DNA from: Pelagomonas calceolata
Lineage: Eukaryota
DNA length: 64,000 nt
Reading direction: 5' to 3'
NCBI GenBank assembly: GCA_918797485.1
Contig: CAKKNE010000005.1
Location: forward strand, 3,100,001-3,164,000
Shown here: in pieces, positions 53,883 through 64,000 of the stretch
How the letters are laid out: the number at the start of each line of letters is the position of its first letter
How positions within the stretch are numbered: position 1 is the stretch's first letter
Notes under the pieces: model-generated
Told to the model about the DNA's origin: nothing
Seen by the model: the letters and a program-made list of their open reading frames with translations, nothing else
Database searches by the model: none
Position numbers and translations under genes: made by a program

Positions 53883-54394
53883 ATTGAGTAAAGTTCGTTA
53901 ACGATACGCGGCGATAGCGTTTCTCCGGACAGAACACCTTTATACAAAAGACAGACAAGACAGAAACGACAAGACACAAAAATGACATTTTTGAATGCAC
54001 GCTCCGCGTGGCGCCGACGCCGTGCGGCGTTCTTGAAGTCGAGCGTGAACGCCGCGACTTCCGCCGCCGCCGCCTTGGATCACAACTCTGCCACCTCCAG
54101 CCGGCCTCTCGTTTGCTTAGTACATGTCTCTGCGGCGCCCGCGAGGGTTCGTTCGTGAGCGTGAACAAGTAGGCTTCCTGCGCTAGTTGCGTGCGGGGCT
54201 CACTGCTCACCAGGCAGGCTGGCGCGGCCGCATCGGCCCTTGGTGCCTCTCGGGCTAAAAAACCACGTGGCAGGGCCCAGCTATTGAGCCTAGTCCTCTC
54301 GAACAAGAAACGAGCACGCCTTAGCCCACAGCGACAGAGCACAGGTCACTGCTCTCCCAACACACTACAGAGAGCACACCGCCTAAGCGAAGCG

Positions 54395-55261
54395 ATGCGC
54401 CCAAACACCCTCTGCGCCCTCACAGCGCTGGTAGCGACGCACGCCATCGCCGCGTTCGCCGCTCGGCCACCTTCAGCCCTCGACGAATGCTCCGGGCCCG
54501 TCCAGCCGGCGCTCAATTACGGCATCTCGCGGCGCACGACGCCGAGGGGTGTGCCCGCGCCCATCGACATAAACGAGTCGCTGGCGGAGGCGGTGTGCTG
54601 CGACACGCGGGCGCTGCCGTTCGCCGAGCCGCAGTTTCTGTACAAACAGCCGGATGTCGGGCTGTTTCGCCACGTGACGAAGACGACGACCTTCTACGAC
54701 AGCGTCTGTGGTTTGCCGCTCTTCCGGGCGCCCGTGAATCGAACACTATCTGATTTCAAGGCCGACACGGACGAGCACGGCTGGCCGTCGTTTCGGGCGG
54801 CCGAGGTCTTCACGGAGAACGTGCGCGTCGCCGGCGGGCTCGTCACGTCGGCGTGCGGCACGCACCTCGGCACGTATCTGCCCGACGACAAGGGCCCGCG
54901 CTGGTGCATCGACCTGGCCTGCGTCGCCGGGCATCGCGCGCTGAACGCAACGCTCTCCACGGACAAGTGCGGCGGCAAAGATGCGAAGTCGTACGTGACG
55001 CCCTTAGATACGTGTTACAGCCCGCCGGCGCTCTTCCAGAACGATTCGCAATGGGGTTCCTACGACGTCCGCGACTCGCTCACGCCCCTCACGAGGCGGC
55101 TGCGCCGCGCGTTCTACGACACGAAGGACGGGTCCTGCGGCGCCGAGACGGACCACTTCGACATCCCGCTGGACCAGTGCGTCGGGCCCTTCGGGACGCC
55201 GCGGCCGTGGGGGGAGTTCCGTGTTGTTGGAAGCGCGGCGGCGGCGTCGGTTGTGGCCTGA
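54395..55261 (+). CDS. MsrB/SelR-like protein with signal peptide and Cys-rich C-terminal domain
   Basis: DSVCGLPLF, HGWPSF, CGTHLG and RWCIDLAC match the MsrB fold pattern; N-terminal hydrophobic leader. Confidence 0.7.
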   Translation: MRPNTLCALTALVATHAIAAFAARPPSALDECSGPVQPALNYGISRRTTPRGVPAPIDINESLAEAVCCDTRALPFAEPQFLYKQPDVGLFRHVTKTTTFYDSVCGLPLFRAPVNRTLSDFKADTDEHGWPSFRAAEVFTENVRVAGGLVTSACGTHLGTYLPDDKGPRWCIDLACVAGHRALNATLSTDKCGGKDAKSYVTPLDTCYSPPALFQNDSQWGSYDVRDSLTPLTRRLRRAFYDTKDGSCGAETDHFDIPLDQCVGPFGTPRPWGEFRVVGSAAAASVVA

Positions 55262-55361
55262 GGCGACGGCCGGTGTGTGATGTTGTTGTGTAGTACTTCT
55301 AGTACTGGATTTATTGAAAGTTACACGGGGGGAACGGGGATCACTACAGGACACTTCTTCC

Positions 55362-57062
55362 TCAGTCTTCGGTGGCCTTGACGCCGTGGAGCTCGAGCGA
55401 GAGCTTGACCTGGGCCGACTTCTCGCCCTCTTTCAGGGGCTTGTCATCGGCCGGCTCGATGTCGTACCACTTCTCGACGGCGGCGTTGTCTATGAGCTCG
55501 CGTAGCGGGATCTTCAAAGTCTTGCCTAACTGATCGTCTTCGGCGAAGATGCGCCGGTCGTAGACCTGAATGCGCACGTCTTCCTCCAAATCAGTGATGG
55601 GCGATAACGTGATCGTTTTCCCCCAATCCGGATTGTTGGAGGCCGGCGCGGCGGCCGTTTTTTGCTTGACCCCCTTCTTGCCCACCTGTATTTTTAGGTA
55701 CGCCGCCGGACGCTTCTTGTGACCTGTGTGCGTACGGCTGAATCACGCATCCACGCCATCGACGCGACAACTGCTCGATTGCTTGATTTCCACACAACTT
55801 TGGCACCTGCCGGTAGGTGCTTCGCGGAGTGGCAGACAATAACTAATGAATCCGCCACCGCTTCCTTGCCCTTCAGACGCGCGTTGACTTGCTTGCCGGT
55901 CGTCTGGCCCATATTTAAGAGACCTCTCGCTGCCGTGTTGTTGACGGCGTTCGCACCACCAGCGATGCCCGCGCCGAGTTGGTTCCCAGCCGCGCCGAGA
56001 CCCATCTTAATGTTGGTGAAACCATTCGTCGACATAACAGTCTTGACGCAGCGGACCACGACCATTTTTATGATATCATCTAAGTAGAGGCCCGGGTAGT
56101 TGCCTTTCTTGTCCTTCTTGCCGCGACCTGTGTGGAAATCAAATGGGTGGAAATTCAATTTACGGCGCGTTCGTCCACGCCATCGACGCGAGGAATTATC
56201 GGGTGCACCCGACACACTTAGTTCCACACAGGCCGGGACCGTCGAAGACTTCTAATATCTGCATTTTGATTATATTGCTCTGAACGTCCTTGGCCGTGGT
56301 CTTGGTCTTGCGCATGAACGCGTCAATGTCGTAGCGGTGGCCGCGCAAGCATACGCGCTTGACGGCGAACATGCCGAGGACACCGCCAGCATGCTTCGCT
56401 TCCTCCTTCTCCCGCTTCGACTTCTTAACTTTTTTCTTTTCTTTCTTATCCATGCCCTTGTACTCATCTTTTCCGTCGTCTTCGAAGGCTTCCGGGTCCA
56501 GGTCCTGCTCCTGCTTGTCCGACGACTTCTGGGCGTCGGCGTACGCCGCTTCGCCGGCCGCCGCGTCCATGCCGAGCGCCTGTGAGTAATCAGCCAGTGA
56601 GTCGGGTGGATGAGACGCGACAATTTGATTTTATGCACTGCGAGGCGCGGCCCAGCAGTTCATCTCTCCCTTCCCATCTCTTTCCATGTGCAAGCGCATG
56701 CGCTCGATCTCTACGTTCTCGACCTCCATGGGGCGCTTTTTTTTCAGCCAATCGAGGAACGACCGCGGATTAACGCGGCACGAGATGCGGTCGATCTTGA
56801 TGAGGAACGGCGTCATCTTGAACTTCTTCGGGTTTTTGAACGTGATCGGGCCGATCGTGAGCGTCAGCTCCGTCCAGCCGTAGTCGACGCGGATCCAGCG
56901 GATGTAGAAGTCGTACGCGCCGCCCGACTTACTTTCCATCACGTAGCGGGCGCCGAACGTCGCCAACGCTCCCAGTACATAATCAAACATCAGATACGCG
57001 ATGAACAGCGTCGCGCAGATGTTGTACCCCAACACGGAGTAAATAAACGAGAGGAGACCCAT
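55362..57062 (-). CDS. N-terminally anchored C2-domain protein, 4 exons (introns 56580..56648, 56128..56239, 55724..55806)
   Basis: Spliced length 1437 nt, open throughout; C2 motifs SNNPDWG, IQVYDRRIFAEDDQLGK, KWYDI; N-terminal TM followed by a beta-rich segment. Confidence 0.85.
55724..55806 (-). mobile_element. Introner-like intron (83 bp)
   Basis: GTGCC...TGTGTGGAAATCAA...CGCGTCGATGGCGTGG...CACACAG. Confidence 0.82.
56128..56239 (-). mobile_element. Introner element (112-bp intron)
   Basis: TSD GTCCCGGC / GTCGCGGC; TIR CTGTGTGGAA...TTCCACACAG. Confidence 0.92.
56580..56648 (-). mobile_element. Internally deleted introner (69-bp GC-AG intron)
   Basis: TSD-like GCGCCTCG / GCGCTCGG; CAGTGCATAAAATCAAATTGTCGCG and CACCCGACTCACTG are shared with the 53566 element. 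Confidence 0.8.
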
Positions 57063-57396
57063 GCTGTGCTGTGGTCTTACTTGTGGACGCGCTGCGGCGG
57101 CGTGCGCGCTTGGCGTCGAGCTGTTTGAGAATGAGTGCTGTGAACTCGCTGCGAAACTTTCGCCGCGAATACCTGTCGATTTTTGAGGATCAATGGCTGC
57201 TATGCGAAGCTGCTCTGCTGCCGCTTTCACAGGCATCCTATCGATTGGCGACTCTCGGAGGCCTCCTGCCACGCCTACCGGAGCCACAGGACTCGTCAGA
57301 GCAGGATGAGAAGACAACGAAGCCGCGGACGACTCGGCGTAGTGGCAGTCGCGCAAGGTCGCGGCCGTCGCGAAGCCACGCATCAATCAAACTAAA

Positions 57397-60300
57397 TTAC
57401 CCCAGCCCCCCACCCGGCGAATCGAACGAGTGCCGCCCGACGGGCGGCGCGACCCGCGCGTTGATCACGACCTTCTGCTTCGTCCTTTGTTTCCGTTGCT
57501 GCATCGCCAGGAACACGTCGGGCGCCTCCATGGCCAGCGCGAAGTCGTCGGCGCGCAACCGTCGCGGAGGGGTCGCAATGCGGACCTGCCTCCGATCGAC
57601 GGGCGCGCGCGTCCCCGCGACGTCCAAGTCCGCGGTCGACGAGGGCGGCATCACCCCCAGACTCCGCTGTCTGGGCACCTCCGGGATCTCCTGTTTCTGA
57701 GGATACTGGTAGGGCCGGTTGCACGCTAAACATTTTGTCGAGAAGATGCCATCGGCGGCCGCGCCGATCGGTTCCGGAACGACGAATTCGGCGGCCTTGG
57801 ACTCGACGCCGTCGACCCGTCCCCGAATCTCCGTCGTGACGCGCGCGACGGCCTCGGCGTCTGCTTTTCTTGAAATGAGCCTGCGTCGCGGCGATGGCGT
57901 GATGCTGGGCGCGTCAAGCTCCAGACCCCGAAACACGGGAGTCGGAATCTCGGAGTTGCGGGAGGCTTGGCTCGTCGCCGTGGCGTGACATCATGCTCAT
58001 GTAGACTCTCTCCGGCCGCGGCGACGGCGTCGCGGCGCCGCGAGATCACGAAGGCACCGCGAGATCACGAACGGTGCAAAAAGTAGGACGCCGCAAAACG
58101 CACTGCTCGAGCCGCTGGAACCGCGGCGTTTTTGCTTGAGACGCCCTCACTTGGTCCGCCACCCTCTTCAGCTGGAGCTCATAATCAGATAACCCTGCTT
58201 TGTTCGAGGCGATTTCGTTCGCCGTGCCGCGCTGGATGGACGCCAGCCTCCGCAAATGCTCTTCGACCTCTTGTAAATCAGCCTTCGACGCGAAGCCGCC
58301 GCGCATCTGCGCGACGACCTCTTCCAGCGCGGCATCCAGTCTCAAACAAGTGCGCTGCGTGAGCTCGGCCTTGGCCTTCACCAAGTCGAGGTCCTTTTTG
58401 ACGGGACCAATCTCCTCGGGGTCGGACGTCCACGGGCGCTCGTCCCACGATCCTCCCCAATTGTCTTCTTGCGTCTCCTCGGGCGCGTCTTCATTTGAGA
58501 GTGTGGCCACGACGCGCCACTGGCGCGCGTCCGGCACCTTGCCAGCGTCTAAACGGCGGCCCCACTCGTCGAGGGCCTCGTCCGTCGAGCAAGGATGCTC
58601 GTCCTCGGGCGCGCGCCGCCGCCGCTTCATGAGTCGCACGACGTCCAGCGACGTCGAGGAAGCCGACGCGTGGCGATCCAGCAAAGCACACGCCGCGTCG
58701 AGCGCGTTCGCCAGCGGCGCGTGCCACGTCGAGTAGGCGTCGAAGTCTGCGTCTTCCAACCGGTGCGCGGAGCGGCGCGCGTGGTTCAGCGCGCCGGGCC
58801 GCGCGAAGGGCTCCTCGAGCGTCGCGTCCATGACTTTATCGAGCGCCGCGGCGGCCATGCGCACTCTTAGGAGGGCCGACGGTTTGAGCACGCCCGGGGC
58901 CCGGTCCTGCAGTATTTTCTCTCTAGTAGGCAGGCTCGCGAGCGTCCTCCGGCACACGCCGTCCAAAGTCTCGAGCTCGTGGCCCGTCACGCCCTCGACG
59001 CCGCGCGCGGCCCCTACTCCGTCCCGCAGCGCCTGCAGCGCGTCGACGCACGCGAGGCGCGCGCGGCGCTCCTCGTCGTGCGCCTCGCGCTTCCGCGCCT
59101 CCTCGAGGCCCGCGTTCCGCCGGAAAAAGTCCTCGCACCTGATCGACAATCGGTCGACGAAGTGCGTGAGGTTGTTGACGTCGTGGCGCAGCCCCTCCGT
59201 CGCGTCCTCCGCCGGGTCCGGCAGCGCCTCGTACGTGTCAGCTTCAATTCCACACTCCTCCTCGAGCTCGGCTCTATCTCTTTCCTCGCGCGCCACCTCG
59301 AGCTCCGCCAGGCGGTTTGCCAGGCCTTTGTTGATCGCGCTCTCCCCTGCGTGCAAATTTACCGGTGAGATGGCGCGCAGGTCATGATTCAGACACCGGG
59401 CCGTGCATTCGTCGATGTCTAGCTCGCCGTCCTTGCTCGTGTCGAGCGCGTCGAGGCTCGCTTCTAAACGATCCGGCACGAGCAGAAACTGCAGGTTCTC
59501 CTCGCCGCACGTCTCGAGGAAGGAGATCACTTCAGCGTCCTCCTTGACGGCTCTCACAATTTCGCCCTTGTCCAGGGTCCCGCCTTCGTCTTTGTCGATG
59601 AGCTCGAAGCAGCGCCGCGCGGCGTTCTTGAAGTCGAGCGTGAACGCCGCGACTTCAGCTGCGGCCGCCTTGGCTTGTGATTCGCGCTTGGCCTCGCGCT
59701 GTTCCAGCTTGGCCGACAGCGCGACCTCGATGCACTCCTCCCATTCACTCTCATCGATGTGGCCATCGCGATCTGTATCCAGCTGCTGGAGCGCGGACTC
59801 GAGGCGCGCCGGCACCAACAAATACTGGAGGTTCGAGTTGCCGCAGGTCTCGAGGAACTTGATGACCTTTTGGTTGTTCTTCACGGCATCAACCACTTCG
59901 GCCTTCTCCAGCGTGCCGCTCCCGTCGGCGTCGATCATGCGGAACACCGCGCGCGCCGCGTTCAGGAACTCGACGCTGAACTCCTCGTCCGCCCGCTGCG
60001 CCGCGCGCTCGCGCCGCTCCTGCTCGACCTTGAGCTGCTCGACGCGCTTCGAGAGGCCCCGGTTGATAGCTTCCTCCCTGCGCGCGTTTTGATTTTATAC
60101 CTCTACGCGGCGGCGACGACGCGTCGATGGCGTAACGATGGAGGACACTGCGCGACGCGCCACTCGTCGGCGTCGACCTCGCCGCTCTTATCCGTGTCCA
60201 GGATCTCCAAGGCTTTCTGCAGCCGCGGCGGGTGCAATAAGAATTGCAGGTTCTCCTCGCCGCACGTCGTCAAGAATTTTATAACTACTTGATCTGACTT

Positions 60301-62052
60301 GACGGCCTCGACGATCTCGGCCTTTGATAGGGACCCGCCTTGATCTTTGTCGATCAAGCGGAAGCACTGCCGCGCCGCACTCAAGAACTCCTCCTTGAAC
60401 GCGGCGACCTCCTTCTCCGCCGCGGCCTTCGCTCGCGCCTTGCGAGCTTCGGCGGCCTTCTTCGGGATGACGCTCTTCTTCGCCGTAGACACGCGAGAAG
60501 GCCCGCGGCTCCTTCCAGCAATCCGCTCCTCGCCCGACGCGATGGCCTGGATCCGCTTCTCCAATTCCAAAGACTGCGCCGCCCGCAGCTCGACCATCTG
60601 CTCGAGGCGGAAGAACGCGTCGGCGCACCGCTTCTCAAAGTCGATCAACCGCTGCTCCACACAGCCATCGTCGGCGACCTCCTTCTCCAGATCCGGGTGC
60701 TGCTTCAGGAAGTTCACCAAGTCGTCGGACGCGCCCTTCGCCGCCGCGGCCTCGGCTCGAGCTTCCGCGGCCTCGCGCGCCGCCCGCTCTTCCCTCTCCA
60801 AGGCCTCCACGCGCGCTCGTGCCGCCTCGGCCTTCGCGAGGTCGGCAGAACGCTTCAAGGCATTTTCTCTTTCAATGGCCTCGGCCTTCGCGCGGCCGGC
60901 CTCGGCGCTCGCGAAGAGTTTCATACGCTCGGCCTCGGCCTTGGCTTCCGCGCGCGCGCGCTCGCTCTCGGCGCCCGCCTCGGCGCGCGCTTGCTCTGCT
61001 TCCGCCTTGGCTTCGGCGCGCGCGCGCTCCGACTCGGCCCGGGCGCGCTCGGCCTCCTCTTTGGCTTCGGCCCGGGCGCGCTCGGCCTCTTCGCGCGCCT
61101 CCGCCCGCGCGCGCTCGAGTTCGGCGCGCGCCTCGGCCGCGCCGCCCGCGGCGGCCGCCTCGCGCTCCTCCGCTAAAGCCTCGAGCCGCGCGATATCTTC
61201 CTCGCGCGCGCGCTGGGCCGCGGCGCGCTCCTCCTCACGCTCGCGCGCCGCCGCGGCGCGCTCCTCGTCGCGCGCCCGCGCGTCGTCGTCACGCTCCCTT
61301 TGTAAAGCCTCGCGCTCCGCGGCGAGCGCCTCGCGCTCGCGGACCATGGCCTCGCCCTCCCTTCTCAAAGCCTCGTCCCTTTCAGCATCCCTTGCTTGTT
61401 GTGCAGCATCCCGCTCGTCGTCGCGTTTCAACAATTCGGCGTCGCGCTCGGCGTCGCGCGCCCGCGCGGCCTCCTCGAGCTCCCTCTTGGTAGTTTCCTT
61501 GAAGGCCGCGAGCTCCGCCAGCGCCCGCGCCGTGGCGTCCTCGCGCGCGGCGATGCGCCTCCTCCGCAAAAAGCCGCGGACGCGCTTCTGGACCAATGTG
61601 ACGCGTTGCTCGTCCGTCATATGTACCGAAACGTGCGAGAACGCCGTCACCGCTTGCGCAACCAGCAGATCGCGAGCTTTTCTTTTACCGGCGGACAACG
61701 ACGAAATTAATGTTTCGATGGCATGAAATGACTCGCCGAGCGAGCTCTCGACCTTGTCGAGGCGCTGCTCTATTTTCTGAGTTAATTCGGGCAGCTTCGC
61801 GTTGATGCGCTCCTCTACGGCCTTCACTTGAAAGTCGACGCCCTTGTAGATCTGCGCTTTCAACGCCGTGATCTGCTCCTCTTGGGCCGCGATGCGCGCT
61901 TCCTGCAAATGCTGCGCCGCGGCGAGCTGAGCGAGGCCGTTCAGCAGCGCCTCCTTCTCCTGCTCGGCCGCCGCCTCCTTCTGCCGCTTCGACTTGTCCA
62001 GCAGATCTCTCAAACCCACGATGGCGTCGGGGCCGCCCTGGCCGGCCTCCAT
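57397..62052 (-). CDS. Large coiled-coil, multi-EF-hand protein with several introns (60078..60160, 59347..59406, others near 57880-58103)
   Basis: Three repeats of F..ID.D..G.L.K.E.V.AVK....VI.FL.TCG..NLQ.LL.P.RL...L..LDT..DG..D..EW; IQ-like VQKRVRGFLRRR; long Ala/Glu/Arg coiled coil. The 3' exon structure is not fully resolved. Confidence 0.75.
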
Positions 62053-62386
62053 GCTGCAGGCTGCTTGTGTGCTGCTTCGTGGGGCTGCCCCTGGTGGGCT
62101 CACGTCTTTTTGGAGGTATCCCGATGCGATGGCGTCATGGTATTGTCTGTGTGTCCGCGGGCGCCCTTGTGGCGCGCGCTATGCCAACGAGCTGCCAAAA
62201 TCGGCAGCCGCGCTATGCCAACGTGCGGGGCACCCGCTCGAGCTAGGTGTACGCTGTCCGTGATCCGTGCCGGCGCTTCGTAGAGGGCCTCTCTTCTACG
62301 GCGTCCGGGCAACAAAAAGCGGGCGAAAACCCCGCAGTCAAAGTGCGCTCAACGTCGCGACGCGCGCAAGCTAAGAACTACCGCAT

Positions 62387-63130
62387 CTACTTACTCCTCG
62401 CGGCCCACTTCGCGGGCGAGTACGTCTTCACGTTGAACGCGTGGACCTTCGCGAGCTCGTCCTTCGCGACCGTGTTCACGAGGCGGTGCTGCTTGATCAT
62501 CGTCAGGCCCTCGAAGTCCTTGGCCACGACCAAAATCTGGAGCTTCTGGCCGCAGCCCGAGCCCTCGGCCGTGACCTCGACGCGCGACGCGTCGAGGCCG
62601 GCCTTCAGGGCCGTGGCGACGGGGTGCTCTTCATGTGAATGGGAGTGCTCGTGGCCGTCGTGCGAGTGCGAGCACTCATGGTCGTGGTCGTCCTTGCCCT
62701 TCTGCGACGCCTCGTACTTGGCGATCTGCGCCCGCAGGAAGTCCTTTGCCGCGGCGTGCTTCTCCTCGTGGCCGCCGTCGTGCGAGTGGCCGCCGTCGTG
62801 TGCGTGCCCGCCGTCGTGCGAATGGTCCTCGGAGCAGGCGCTTTTTTTGTGGCCGTGCTCGTGCGCGTGCGGCGCGTGGTCGTGGTCCTCGGTGCACGCG
62901 TGGCCGTCGTGCTCGTGGGCGTGGGCGCTCGCCTTGTCGTGCGAGTGCTCGCTCGAGTGGTCCGCGGTGCAGGCGTGGCCGTCGTGGAAGTGAGCTTCCG
63001 GCTCCTTCTCGGCCTCCAATTTGGCCTTGGCGGCTTGCGCCTCTTCTAAGGAAGACAGGGGCTGCTGCTCCGGGACGGCCTGGCCGTACTTTTTGAGCAT
63101 GTCGGCCGCAGAGCCGCTGAAAAACTCCAT
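62387..63130 (-). CDS. BolA-family protein with long His-rich insert
   Basis: C-terminal GCGQKLQILVVAKDFEGLTMIKQHRLVN...VHAFNVKT is BolA-like; repeated HDGHACT(A/E)DH and HSHDGG. Confidence 0.85.
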   Translation of the reverse strand: MEFFSGSAADMLKKYGQAVPEQQPLSSLEEAQAAKAKLEAEKEPEAHFHDGHACTADHSSEHSHDKASAHAHEHDGHACTEDHDHAPHAHEHGHKKSACSEDHSHDGGHAHDGGHSHDGGHEEKHAAAKDFLRAQIAKYEASQKGKDDHDHECSHSHDGHEHSHSHEEHPVATALKAGLDASRVEVTAEGSGCGQKLQILVVAKDFEGLTMIKQHRLVNTVAKDELAKVHAFNVKTYSPAKWAARSK

Positions 63131-63522
63131 GGTTTGTGAGAGGCTTTTGGGCTGTCGCTGTCTACTCTGCGCTGCTATGAGTGACAAGTACGGCAGCAGA
63201 AATGACAGAGAAATGTTACCAGCGCCACGCAATTCGTAGCGCGACAAATCGGCGCGGGGCTGGGAGGAAGCTAGCGTCCAGTAAGATACTAGCAAGCAAG
63301 CCGGAGGCGCGCCCAAGCCCAATCTAGGGCACAGCAGTGGTATTCGTCGGACTCGGCCAGCTTCTGGAGCAGTACTCCACGCCTTGGACCCGCCGCGGCA
63401 GCGATTTCGCTCGGTAGGCCGCAGAGAGTTCAAACAAGCTCTGCCAAGCAGAGAGAGGAAAAGCCGCGCACGCGACGGCGGGCTGTCCAGGACTGCGGAG
63501 AGCTGAAAACAACACAAAAAAG

Positions 63523-64000
63523 ATGCCGACGCTCCGTCGCCGCAAAGCGAAAGAACAAGACAAGGAGAACACCGACGACGCCATGGTCGACGACGACGAC
63601 GAGGAGGAGGAATATGACGACGGCGACCACGCGAGCGACGCGGACTTTGAAGGTTCTCCGGCCAAGAAGAAGCCCAAAGACGACGAGGAATTGCCGCAGG
63701 CGCCTCCCTTAATGGATGGCGGCGCGGCGCGGCCGCAAGCACCTGTTGACGGCGGCGCGGCGCGGTGCGGGGCGAATGTGGATGTGGGCGACGGGTGCGG
63801 CGTCCCGCAAGAAGACGCCAGCATGGAGCCGAAGGACATCCTGCGCTTAGATCCACTCGTAGTGAACCAGATCGCCGCGGGAGAAGTCGTGACGAAGCCT
63901 CCCAATGCGTTGAAGGAGCTCCTGGAGAACGCCCTGGACGCCGGGGCTTCTACTATCTCCGTCGAGGTCGAGGGCGGCGGCTTGGATCGGTTGCGCATTT
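63523..64000 (+). CDS. MLH1: MutL homolog (MLH1-like), N-terminal part
   Basis: Manual translation: [54 protein letters not shown]; open to the window end. Confidence 0.85.
   Translation, partial: MPTLRRRKAKEQDKENTDDAMVDDDDEEEEYDDGDHASDADFEGSPAKKKPKDDEELPQAPPLMDGGAARPQAPVDGGAARCGANVDVGDGCGVPQEDASMEPKDILRLDPLVVNQIAAGEVVTKPPNALKELLENALDAGASTISVEVEGGGLDRLRI

Larger units (their letters stand above)
657..63293. promoter_or_regulatory. Dispersed intergenic motif CTAGTGTCTTAC-N4-5-CGCTAGC (16 copies)
   Basis: Copies at 657-680(-), 2015-2037(-), 4663-4683(-, weak), 10630-10652, 11836-11858, 15275-15296, 16407-16431(-), 21631-21654, 24545-24567(-), 27066-27087, 29339-29361, 34953-34975, 45008-45030, 49269-49288(-, weak), 52645-52667 and 63270-63293(-); all lie upstream of gene starts. 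Confidence 0.8.

Noticed and set aside
8456..60160. Recurrent CCACGCCATCGACGCG palindromic repeats as CRISPR or REP elements
   Set aside because: They are dispersed, not arrayed with spacers, there are no cas genes, and most lie inside GT/GC-AG introns of eukaryotic genes.
1..64000. tRNA or rRNA genes
   Set aside because: No cloverleaf or rRNA-like sequence recognised by eye; a covariance search was not possible.

Overview
GC-rich, gene-dense eukaryotic nuclear DNA with about 37 mostly mono- or oligo-exonic genes. Composition, compactness and TIR/TSD-type introner introns suggest a pelagophyte stramenopile alga (Pelagomonas/Aureococcus-like); this is inference. Recognisable genes include AP-3 delta, an MLH1-like protein (partial), an RPAIN-like protein, an MFS transporter, a Nudix hydrolase, a GT8 glycosyltransferase, a TrmA/RlmD methyltransferase, a His-rich BolA, a tandem OsmC protein, an MlaF-MlaE-type ABC fusion and a DEDDh exonuclease. 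Main discovery: the apparent stop of the cysteine synthase ORF (TGA, 37085-37087) lies in a SelW/Rdx-type VAYCGG-U motif, is followed by 72 more in-frame codons resembling SelW, and then by a SECIS-like hairpin. This gives a candidate 542-aa cysteine synthase / acyl-carrier / Rdx selenoprotein, head-to-head with the double-OsmC gene. A second selenoprotein (glutathione peroxidase, NVASA-U-G) with its own SECIS is also missed by the ORF track. Both SECIS candidates have CC at the usual AA position. Two window-wide non-coding signals stand out: (i) about 15 related introner-type introns, the best with 8-bp TSDs and CTGTGTGGAAATC...GATTTCCACACAG inverted ends; (ii) a CTAGTGTCTTAC-N4-5-CGCTAGC motif found 16 times, always in gene-upstream intergenic DNA. 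All domain calls are by eye, with no database search.
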